Below, one piece after another: positions 11,901 to 22,554 of a stretch of DNA of 64,000 nucleotides (the first letter of the stretch is position 1; each line of letters opens with the position of its first letter). This DNA is from Octopus sinensis (lineage: Eukaryota). A program made the translations under genes and the position numbers. The notes under the pieces were generated by a model. That model was not told the origin of the DNA and did no database searches. It saw only the letters and a program-made list of their open reading frames with translations. The stretch covers positions 21,836,464 through 21,900,463 of the forward strand of contig NC_043011.1 in assembly GCF_006345805.1 (NCBI RefSeq). The letters are read 5' to 3'.

Positions 11901-13139
11901 TTAGGTTGTCAAGAAAGTTCTTGCAGAATACTTAATTTTGGTTTTAAATGATGTATTTTCAAATTAATGTTCGTTAAATTACTTCGACTTTATATATCAT
12001 TTTAAAGCCTGTTTCTCACTCTATCTTATCATAGGCCATTTTTTCCGGAACGTTGAATACAACATGGGCAAAAAGCCAATTCGCACAATTTTCTTATTCC
12101 AGTTCAAGCTAGGCCGAAAAGCTGCTGAAACAGCTTGCAATATCATCGATGCATTTGGCCCAGGAACCACTAGTGAACATACAGCACAATGGTAGTAACC
12201 ATGACAAGAGTTTTGAAGATGATAAGCGTAGTGGTTAGCCATCGGATGTTGACAACACTCAACTAAGAGCCTTAGTGGAAGCCAGTCCATGCACAACTGT
12301 TCGAGAGCTTGCTTCTGAATTAGACGTAACATATACAACAATTTCCAACCACTTGAAAGAGATTGGAAAAACAAGAATACTTGAGAAATGGGTGCCGCTT
12401 GAATTGAACGACAACCAAAAAAAAACGCCATTTCGAAGTGTCATCTTCCCTTATTTTACACCATAAGAACGACCCATTTCTCGACTGGATTGTGACTTGT
12501 GATGAAAAGTGGGTTCTTTACGACAACAGGTGACACTCAGCTCAGTTGTTGGATGCCAATGAAGCTCCACAGCACTTCCCAAAGCCAAAGTTGCACCAAA
12601 AGAAGGTCACAGTGACTGTTTGGTGGTCTGCAGCCGGTCTCATCCACCACAGTTTTTTGGATCCAGGCGAAATTATTATGGGAGAGAAGTACTGTCAACA
12701 AATGGATAAAGTGCATAAGAAACTCTGACAACAGCAGCCAGTATTGGTCAATAGAAAAGGACCAATTCTCCATGACAACACTTGCCACACGTTGCATAAC
12801 TGAGCCTGCAGAAGTTGAACAAATTGGGCTATGAAACTCTACCTCATCCACCATACTCACCATACCTCTCGTCTACCGACTACCACTTTTTCAAGCATAT
12901 CAACAACTTTCTGCTTGAGAAATGCTTAAAAAACCAAGATGATGCCAAACACACCTTCAACGACTTCATTGACACCAGAACGCAGGATTTTTACGCTACT
13001 GGCATAAATAAACTTGTTTCGCATTGGCAAAAGTGTGTTGATTCTGATGGTGTGTATTTTGATTAATAAAGTTTGGTTTAAGCCGAGATATGTGCATCTG
13101 AATTTAAAGGTTAAAAACCTCAAGAACTTTCTTGACAAC

Positions 13140-13143
<4 letters not shown>
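11901..13143 (+). mobile_element. Full-length (1243 bp) mariner, cecropia/Hsmar1-like, inactive
   Basis: Perfect 23-bp TIRs TTAGGTTGTCAAGAAAGTTCTTG (11901-11923 / 13121-13143) and TA flanks. The transposase remnant runs 12064-13066. Confidence 0.95.
12064..13066 (+). pseudogene. Mariner transposase pseudogene
   Basis: MGKKPIRTIFLFQFKLGRKAAETA..I..AFGPGT, WVPLEL, IVTCDEKWVLYDN, APQHFPKPKLHQKKVTVTVWWSAAGLIH, HPPYSPYLSSTDYHFFK, WQKCVDSDGVYFD*; several stops and frameshifts. Confidence 0.93.
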
Positions 13144-13176
<33 letters not shown>

Positions 13177-13262
13177 TAATAATAAATATTAGGGAATAAA
13201 TCCAAATTTACAGGGAAAAATCAGATTTAGGATTGAATCCAATTTTATAGTAAAATATTATA

Positions 13263-13488
13263 TTATATTAAATTAGAGACAAAACCACTATTATGCAAAT
13301 CAAACAAAGAAAGACTTAAGCCAATACATAAAATAATTTATATGAATTTAGAAATTTAACAATTATAATTGTATATTATAATTTATAATTGTTAAATTTC
13401 TAAATTTATATAAATTATTTTATGTATTGGCTTAAGTCTTTCTTTGTTTGATTTGCATAATAGTGGTTTTGTCTCTAATTTAATATAA
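13263..13488. repeat. AT-rich palindrome, ~106-bp arms, 14-nt loop
   Basis: 13263-13368 is reverse-complementary to 13383-13488 with about 2 mismatches. Confidence 0.9.
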
Positions 13489-13497
13489 CATATATAT

Positions 13498-13555
<58 letters not shown>

Positions 13556-13649
13556 ATGCAAAGAAAGTCAAGATGACTGCCGTTTTGCAGCCAACATCAT
13601 GCAAAAAGTATTTATTTTAGTGTATAATAAATTACTCTACATGTTACAT

Positions 13650-13900
13650 CCATGCCATCTGTCCTCTTTGAAAACCATGCCCATGTCATATCACAACACT
13701 AAGACAGAACTATTTCACCTCAGTTGGCCCTGCTCTCCTTAACATCAGATCAAGACACATAAAAGAAGAAAAAGATCTCATAACATTCAAACAGTTCCAG
13801 GATGAATATCTCTAATAAATTCCAGAGAAACCACCTACACCGGATGTACTTCTGCAAACAATAACTCTTTACTCAAATAAGCAGTCCAAGAATGACTGTA
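13650..13900 (+). mobile_element. CR1-type LINE ORF2 3'-terminal fragment
   Basis: HITTLRQNYFTSVGPALLNIRSRHIKEEKDLITFKQFQDEYL**IPEKPPTP resembles the C-terminus of CR1-group ORF2. Confidence 0.55.
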
Positions 13901-15499
13901 ATATGAAAACATCATTAAATATCTTTTCCAGTGGTGCTTATAAATTAGTCATGGCCTAGGTCAATTCTGGCCAAACCTTATCTAGTGTGTGTGTGTTAAT
14001 AACACCTAGGAGGTGCTTTTTCCATTCACCAAAGTGAATGGAGCTTTGGCCAGGAGGAATTGATGTCATCAGATGATATCTAAAGTTCATCAGGTGCTGT
14101 CGGTGGGTCAGCAGAGGTGGCCAAATCACTGCTGTACATCTCCTGCCTTCCAGCTTAACTCCTCTCTCTTGCTCCAAAGCCAACAAGAGGCCCTTTCAGC
14201 TGCCTCTCCCATCCTGTGCACAGCCACCCTTCACTCCTTTCCTTTCATTCCAATGGCTGTAAGCGTTTTCCATGCTGAGTAAGTAGGGAACCTCCTATAT
14301 ATATATATATATTGAAGGCTGATCTCAAAAGACTGAACCTTATGAAGGAGATGACAGAGGACTGAGATACGTGGCACATTGCTGTACTCAAGAAGACCTG
14401 CCCACCACAACCAAATTAAGATCCTAAAAACCAAGGTGCCATGAGAAAAGATTTGGTATGGGTGCTGGTGCCACGTAAAACGCACTGGTGCTGGTGCCAC
14501 TGAAAATGCACTGGTGATGGTGTCATGTGAAAAGCACTCAGTACACTCTGTAGAGTGGTTGGCATTAGGAACGGCATCCATCTGTAGAAACGCCAAAACA
14601 GACTTCGGAATTGGGTGTGGGCCCTGGCCTTGCCAGTTCCTGTCAAGTTGTCCAACTCATGCCAACATGGAAAATGGACATTAAAGGATGATGATATACA
14701 TACATACACACACATATATATATATATACACAGACACACAACAGGCTTCCACACAGTTTCTGTCTGTAAATTCATTTACAAGGCACGCAGTGGGACTGAA
14801 CCAAAACCATGTGGTTGCAAAACAAGCTTCTTAACTACATCTCTATGCTTAGAATTTGTTGATTAAATTTAACCCTCTATGAATCACTGGTCCATATTTT
14901 ATACCATCTGCTGCAAGGAGTGAAAAATGCAAAAGTCAATTACAGTAAATTTGAAGCAGAAACGGTGAAATAGTTGAAATAATTACACTTAAACGTTGTT
15001 CTGTAGTTTTATTAGCAAATTAACTATGGGTCATATGAAGCATCTCAAGAATGTAACTTCTGAGCCCCACAAGCTAAATGTTATTATGTTGGCTAACTAT
15101 AGAGACAGAAAAACATCTGACATATGTATAATGTATTGTTTCATTGTTCGAATTGCATCAGTGTTTTGGTTTGTCATTAAATAGGGGTGTGGCATTTAGT
15201 TATGTCGGCTGCATAAAATTGGTGCACGTTCGCATTAGAATTTTTTCTTGTAAAAATACTAAAAGCCAACAGCTGTTGCCAAAGTAACTATCTTTTGGGG
15301 TGATATAGAATACCAGTGAGTGGGTTGTGACGTTTAAAGTTAGAATTAAAGAAGTAGTAGCAGCAGTAGTAGTGGTGGTGGAGAGATTAGTAAGCGTTTG
15401 TAACGTTGGTTTAAAGGTGATGTCTGGTTGATAGCTGCAAAGGAAGGTAGATTGGATGACTGTCTGTTGTGAAATAAATAAATAAAAGAACAAACTAAG

Positions 15500-16560
15500 T
15501 AGTTGCCTCGGGTGTTGGCTTGGCGATGCTTTCTTTTCTTTGTTCTTCTTTTCTTTTTTTTTTTTACTCTTATGACAGGTAAACAATAAAAGAGACTGAT
15601 GCTGTTGGATCTTAGAATTTTCGCTCGGCAGCCTTTGCACATACATGTGCACCTCTCCAAGACAAACGAGGGCTGACTTAATCCAAGATATTGATGCTAG
15701 TTGGCAAAAAAACTGATAATGTTCAACCGCTGGTAAGCCGGAGCATTTGTAGTGAGGAAAAAAAAAAAAAAAGAAAATCACTAAAAAAAAAGGGAAAAAT
15801 TCAAAAATTGAAGTATTAAGCAGATGTTAAAAGATAAAATATAAATCATAATAGTTTTATTATATCTTTTATAAACAAGCACAAAGTCACGAAGTGTTTT
15901 GCCCAGGGACAAGAAATAAAAATATTAATAATCGTCACTGGATGCGTAAACGGCAGCACCTTCTCCGCCATCATATCTTTCGGCTGGGCAAACTGATATC
16001 ATTATAATTAGTAGTAGTAGTATAATTAATATTATCTGTCATCGTCTAAACCTTTGTTAGTAATATCACGTAGTTGTCTTCTTCAGATGTCTAGCTGGCT
16101 GGCTTTAGTTCGGCCGCATCATGTAGTAATAATATAAGTAAGTACATGATGTCTAGCACACACGTTTTACCAGAGTAGGAGAGAGAGAGAGTGAGAGAGA
16201 AACAGAGAGAAGATATATAGAGAGAGGGGGAGGGAGAAAGAGAAAGCGAACTAGTGAGCAGGAGCGCGTACATAAATTTATAATATAATATATATATACA
16301 TATATAGTGAAGTCCTGAGAGGAGGGACGGACACTTTGGCTGAGTAGACTGTTAAGTGTGGAGGTGAAGAAAACCAGCCAGCAACCATGGTGTTCGAATC
16401 GTTTGTTGTTGAGTTAATGAACAAATTTCTCGGCGATTATGTCGAAAATCTGGATAGATCGCAGTTACAACTTGGAATATGGGGCGGTAAGTGAAGACAA
16501 AACCTTACTTTCTTTTTTAATTTAACCCTTTGCGGGCTTTCATTTTGTATACACACATAC
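15500..16560. promoter_or_regulatory. CpG-retaining promoter/5' region of VPS13
   Basis: Local enrichment of CpG dinucleotides (cggccgc, gagcgcg, ggacggac, ctcggcga) and a GA-rich tract just upstream of the ATG, against a CpG-poor background. Confidence 0.5.
16387..16486 (+). CDS. VPS13: First coding exon of a VPS13 (VPS13A/C-like, chorein N-terminal) lipid-transfer protein gene
   Basis: Kozak-like CAACCATGG. Translates [33 protein letters not shown]+G, matching the conserved VPS13A/C N-terminus (MVFESVVVDVLNRFLGDYV..L..SQL.LGIW.G). The 100-nt phase-1 exon ends at a GTAAGT donor (16487), the same length and phase I recall for vertebrate VPS13A exon 1. Confidence 0.95.
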
Positions 16561-17491
16561 GCATTGTGTGTGTATATATAAATATACACACAGTACGGAT
16601 TGTAGTCGGTATGCATATTATCGTGTTTCTAGGCTCAACTATCAACATACATAGGGTTCCATTTTCGAAAATAACAATACGTTCTGCGATTCTGCAGCTC
16701 TTCTACTCATTTCCCTATCCTAACCCCATATTTTTTTTTTTACTATTCCCTTGCATTTATTTGTCTCAAGAGTATCTCTGTTGTTGTTTCGAAAAAATCC
16801 TCGTATCATCTAGATTTCATGAATTTATGGCTCTTTTTCGTTTATTTATTATTATAAGAAAGTGTATGGAAAATATTTTGGCTTGTATGAGTTAATAGTA
16901 ATAATAATAATGATAATAATAGCGATATTAATAATATTGTTATTGTTTTGAGTCACCTGCCTAAAAAATATAATCTAAATATATTGAATATTCATAGAAG
17001 AAAACTGAAAATATGCCGGAGTCTTGTTTATTTTATTAGAGAACCTCCCCCTTTTCGTCTACTTGACAATGATTCGCTTTCACTATTTCACTACTTTCGT
17101 TTATATATATAATAGGTATATACACATATATATACATAGTGTGTGTGTATATCTATCTATCTATATATCTATCTATTTATATGTATATATCTATATGTAT
17201 ATATGTATGTATCTATGTATATATCAAAGTTAACATCTGTCTTGAGTCTAAAGGCTTATTAGGCTGGAGGTCTATCCCTAGTTTCCAATGTTTAAGCGAT
17301 TCGAAATATAAGAATCTCTGCTGATCAGGATACAAGCCCGTAGCAAGATTAACCCCCTAATTGCTGCTGGTACCCACACATACTCACGCACAGACAAATT
17401 CTCTCACTCTGTATATGCATGTCTGTACGTCTGTGTGTGAACCTATAATATATATATATATATATATATCGCCATACTTTTGTTATATATG

Positions 17492-17622
17492 TTAATATTT
17501 AGCAGAAGTAACAAGGTGATTAAAGTTCCAAGAGTTTTCGTGCCTTAGCGCTTATCAACTTTGGTAAGTGCCAATACACGAAACTCTGAGACCTTGAGTA
17601 ACTCTGTTCTGCTAAATATTAA
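17492..17622. repeat. 131-bp mini foldback element with 16-bp perfect terminal inverted repeats and two degenerate hammerhead motifs
   Basis: TTAATATTTAGCAGAA / TTCTGCTAAATATTAA ends; inner AGAGTTTTCGTG / CACGAAACTCT. A single-arm relative lies at ~31085-31155. Confidence 0.7.
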
Positions 17623-18319
17623 TAAAGAAATATACATATACTTATATTTTGAGCAATATTTTGCCTATTTGCATTACCATACCAATATATGCATATTATG
17701 TGTGACTATATATGGTCTTAGGGTACCAGTTTATAGGAACATGGTCAAGCCACACATATGTATATGAACATGTGTATATATATGTGCGTATGTATGTATA
17801 TATATATATATATCATCATCATCATCGTTTATATATATATATGAATGAATACATCGTAGAGTGTGAAGACTTTAATATTTCGTGATACAAGGCGACTGCA
17901 CTCAAGTTGGTACCATGATAAAATCCACTGAATATTCTCTGTAAAAGTGGAAATGAAACATCAGTGTCGTAAGATCCTTCTAGTCTTGTTGTCGACATGC
18001 CAATCCTTCTAGTACTGGTGCCATAATAAAATAAACCCAGACATTCTGTAAAGTGGTTGGTGACAGGAGGGGCATCCAGCCATGGAAAGGAAGTCAAAAG
18101 AAAGAAATGAAGCATATGAATGAAGTGTGTGGTCCTCCAACCTTTCCAGGAGGACAGTAGCTCTTGAATAAGAAGTGACACGAGTTGTGATGACTTGTCT
18201 AATCCATGTGAGCATAGAAAGATGTAAATGATAAGATGATATATAGGTGTGTGTGTGTGTATATATATAAATTGTGTGTATGCATATGTATATATGTATG
18301 AAAATGTAAAGGTTATATA

Positions 18320-18770
18320 CACCTATGTATGAAAAAATATATATATACTTATGTGCATGTGTGTATGCATGTGTGCGTATATGTCTATACATGTGTATGC
18401 ATATGTTTGCATATATGTATGTATATATTTATATACGTATATATATATACATGCATACACATATGCATGCATATGTGTACATTCATATGCATGCATGTAT
18501 ATATATATATATGCTTGCATATGCATGTATATATGTACGTGCATATGTATATAGATGTATATGTGTGCATGTATATATGTATGTGCATAGATGTATATGT
18601 GTGCATGTATATATGTGCATATGTGTATAGATGTATATGTGTGCATTTATATATGTATGTGCATATATGTGTATAGATGTATATATGTATGTGCATATAT
18701 GCGTATGTATATATATGTGTGTGTGTGTGTATGTAATGTATGCACTGTGACACACACACACATCACTAAG
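18320..18770. repeat. Compound (TA/TG/CA) low-complexity tandem repeat
   Basis: Degenerate atatgtatgtgcat-type units; source of the many Y/I/M/C/H-rich ORFs. Confidence 0.9.
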
Positions 18771-19792
18771 TGTATGACAGTATTTGTGTAAGGTAATGTT
18801 AGATGCATGCACTATCGTGGTACACTTTATAGGTCCTTTTTCTCTGCCACCTAATTATTATATACCTTAACAGTATATTATTTAACTTCATACTACATAT
18901 TGTTTTCTATTAACTACTGCAATGCGCTATTGTGTGTGTGTGTGTGTTGGTTGTACATGTTTGGTTGCATGCATTTGTGTGCTTATATAAGTGAATATAA
19001 TAATGTACATCATTTTCTATATTTGCCATTAGTGTGAACATTATTTTATATTACAATAACATCATTATAGTGATTTTATATTGATTTCTTATATGGGCAC
19101 AACATTTCAGATTTATGAGATAGGTAATATGGGAACGGGTAACAAGAATCCTTTATTTTCCCACAAAATATGAAAAAAGAAAAAAATTCAATAAATTGTT
19201 CGTTATGCATGTGTCGCACAATTGTAATACTTGTCTCTAATTTCATTTACATACATTTTAGACATTCATTGAAAATTCCCTACTACCTCTTCCACCAAAT
19301 ATATAATTGCATTTTGACTGCAGTTTGTTGTCAATAAATCTGTCAAGCGTCAGTAATTGATAGTTTATTGCCTGTTGTTTAACTCTGGGTCAACACTACC
19401 TGAGTAGACCTGTGATCAGAAGTATCTTAGTTATATTTACGTCACCATGTTAGGACCATGTAGGGTTACTTTATCTAATTTTTGCTTATTCAACATTTTA
19501 AGGTATGGTTTGAAGCAGATTTGACTGCTATTTCTAGCAGATCGAACGCCAGCATTGGAGGTTTCTGCCTTGGCTGTTGTTATTGCTGATATTTCTGTCC
19601 TTGAAGCAATTATCTGTTTGTCCAATGTTTGTTTAGCCCACCCCATACTAAATAAACTATCTTGTTTGTTTCCATTATCACTTTCTTGTATCTGACCGCT
19701 TTCTTCTTTTCTCTTTCTTCACCCCGAATGAGTTTTATTTCTCTTATTACACGTTTAGCTGCCGGTTACACACTTCCTTACTAAAATAGCTC

Positions 19793-19842
<50 letters not shown>

Positions 19843-22554
19843 GCACACAAACACTGGAAGTTGGTGAAAACTTTCTGATTGCTTAAAAATAAAATCTCTT
19901 TTCGTTGCAAGCCATCAATTGCTAATATTATATCTATTTGCACGCACTATTCACACACACTTATGTGTGTGTTGTACGATATTATTTAATAGTTTTATCA
20001 TTCATTTTCCACCCAACAAACTTTTGCTTAATGTCGGTTAATAACTCGATTAAAGAAGAATTGTCTATTATAATTCCCAAACTTGTCTAAAGAAGCACCT
20101 ACAAGCAGACAAATTCTTTACTCCCGGCTTATATATAATTTCTTTTCAAGCTACAACTATTGTAGTTGTTTTCACTATAAAACTAGGCGAAAAATTTGTT
20201 TGTTTTGCACTCCGAAGTTGCCGGCTAATTCACTTTTCTTTTAAGATTAAAAAGAAAAAAAAGTTGCTTCTTCTGCAGTCTAAATTAAGTTATTTCCTGC
20301 ATCTTTGACACTAATTCTTAACCCTCAAATTTCAAGATATATTCAGACATTCATTTCTTTTTACCATCGGACTATTATGCAAGAAGACCCAACTATCCTG
20401 CACATGATGCCGGTTGTATTAAATAAATAAATGAAAAGGTAAATTTGTCCTCAACTAATTTGGTAAAGCATATAATGATGGTGGTGATTATAGCGGCGAG
20501 TTGGTTAAACAATTTAGTGGTGGGATATCAATGAATATTTAATCTTTATGCAGTATATTTAAGCTAAACCACTCTGATCGCCCTTTTCATTCAATTCGGC
20601 ATGCTAGCGAAGAAAATATTAGTCAGTTGCACAATGTTTGCTGCAGGCTGCCGCAGTGAACTCTATCCACCCCGATTCCACTCTTTTACAGCCGGGTGCA
20701 ATTGTCTGTTAAGCGTTGGCCATGGATACAGTCAGTATACAGCACAGGTCACAGATCACTAACTACCGGTTCTTCGTCTGTAAAGCATATGCTAATGTGA
20801 TTATGGGGAACCACTATGCGGTTGCTGAGTTAACACCGGTGATTTTTTTCAGCAGCGGGTCACAGCTTTTTTTTTTCTACTCCGTGACTTTAATCTTACA
20901 CGACCGTATCTTTTTAAATACTAAAATAGAAAAAAAAAATCTATAAACTTAATAAATCAACATCTGACACTTTTATTGCAAATATTCCTAATTTTTTTTT
21001 TTTTGTAGTCATTATTGTTAGGCCTTATACCTATGGCATATTGTATAAAATTCATGAACATCTTAGCATTTTATCCAATATTTCGAAGTGAAAGATTCTG
21101 TATTCGTAATGCATAGGTTTGGGAACCGCTGCTTTAGAAATAGCATTCTCATCTATTTTAAATCACACCATACCATCTTAGACAACATAGTCCTTGAAAT
21201 TCAAAATGATCAGACCTGGCTTTGATCATAAGAGCGACTCGATCTGGTTTGACCAAGCTCGCCCCATCCTCGATGAAACCCACCATATCGTATATCTTAA
21301 CCACTAACATGTCCCATTAGTTTTATTTTCTATTTTTAATTTCGGAATTATTATTTATATTTGTAAACTAAATATTTTATGATCAATTAATTTCATGTAG
21401 CTGTTACCCATATTGTTTTTTTGTTTTTTTTTAGTTCTGATGCTGTTTGGTCATTCATCAACAATGTCGCATCTTAGCATTCTTTTGTGCAATGCGAAAA
21501 AAAAAAATGAATTTGTTCTTTTGAAAATATTACTTGCAATAATAGATGTTTATTTCTCAGATATTTATTTCTTTTATATTTTGATTACTCAACTGAAAAG
21601 TTTGGTTTCTTTTTAATGATGGTATAATAACCATAGTTAGTATCTTAAAACTTTCACTTTAGTTTGAAAGTGTATAGAGGTGGGAAGTAGTAAATATATA
21701 CTCGATCACTTTCTGTCATTGATTTTTATTATTGATGTCTCTCTCATTAGTCATTTTTTATGCTTTGTCACTGTTAACATACACACACAGATGTGTGTGT
21801 ATGTGTGCATACATGCATCTATGCATTATTTCTGTTCACTATATTGACTGGTAGCTTGGTGTGAAAAGGATAATGAGCTAAATTGTATTACAATATCATC
21901 TTCAGTTTCCTGCACCTCTTTTCACAATTACATATTTCTATTGGAAAAATAGATTTTATTTTATTATATATTTCACAATTACATACATATTGAATAGTTG
22001 CTTAGGTTGCTTGTATAAATGTTATTTCTAGAATATCTGGTATTAGTTTCCAATCCATTTTATTGATTTTTGAAACAAAATTGTTTAAAAACAAATGTCA
22101 GGAAAATTTTTTTTTTTTTATAGGAATTATTAATATATTCATTATTATTATATAGATATTGTTTAATTTTCCTCTCCCTGTGTTAAAATCATTCTAATTA
22201 ATAAGCTTCTGGTTAATTTCAGTGAATGTAAAATTGTTTATATTCTGAAGGTACCAAAGGATACAAAAGTCCAGTGTTCAAGCTTACAATATATATATTA
22301 AGCTCTAATGAATCCCAGGATTTTAGTTAATTCCTTACATCTCTACAAGATATCTAAACTGCAGCTGATGCTGCATTAATTTTACATATGAAAATCTGTT
22401 GTTATAGCTAGGTCAGCTGGCAGCATCTTTGGAATCTTGGATTAATAGTGATTATATAATCATCACTATCATCGTTTTATGTCCTCTTTTTCAGGCCATT
22501 ATGAGTTGGATAGGACTTTTCCAAGCCGTGTTTTTTGATGGTTGGATGCCAACT

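Noticed and set aside
13263-13488. Palindrome checked for a hammerhead
   Set aside because: No CUGANGA/GAAA core in either arm; kept only as a repeat.
15200-15781. 193-aa minus-strand ORF
   Set aside because: Starts in a poly-T/F run, includes homopolymer-derived K and T runs, and shows no recognisable domain.
18009-18812. Cluster of overlapping 100-127 aa ORFs
   Set aside because: Low-complexity TA/TG/CA repeat open in several frames on both strands.
20850-21133. Possible hAT MITE (AGCAGCGGGT...GGAACCGCTGCT)
   Set aside because: TIR match is short and no 8-bp TSD is visible.
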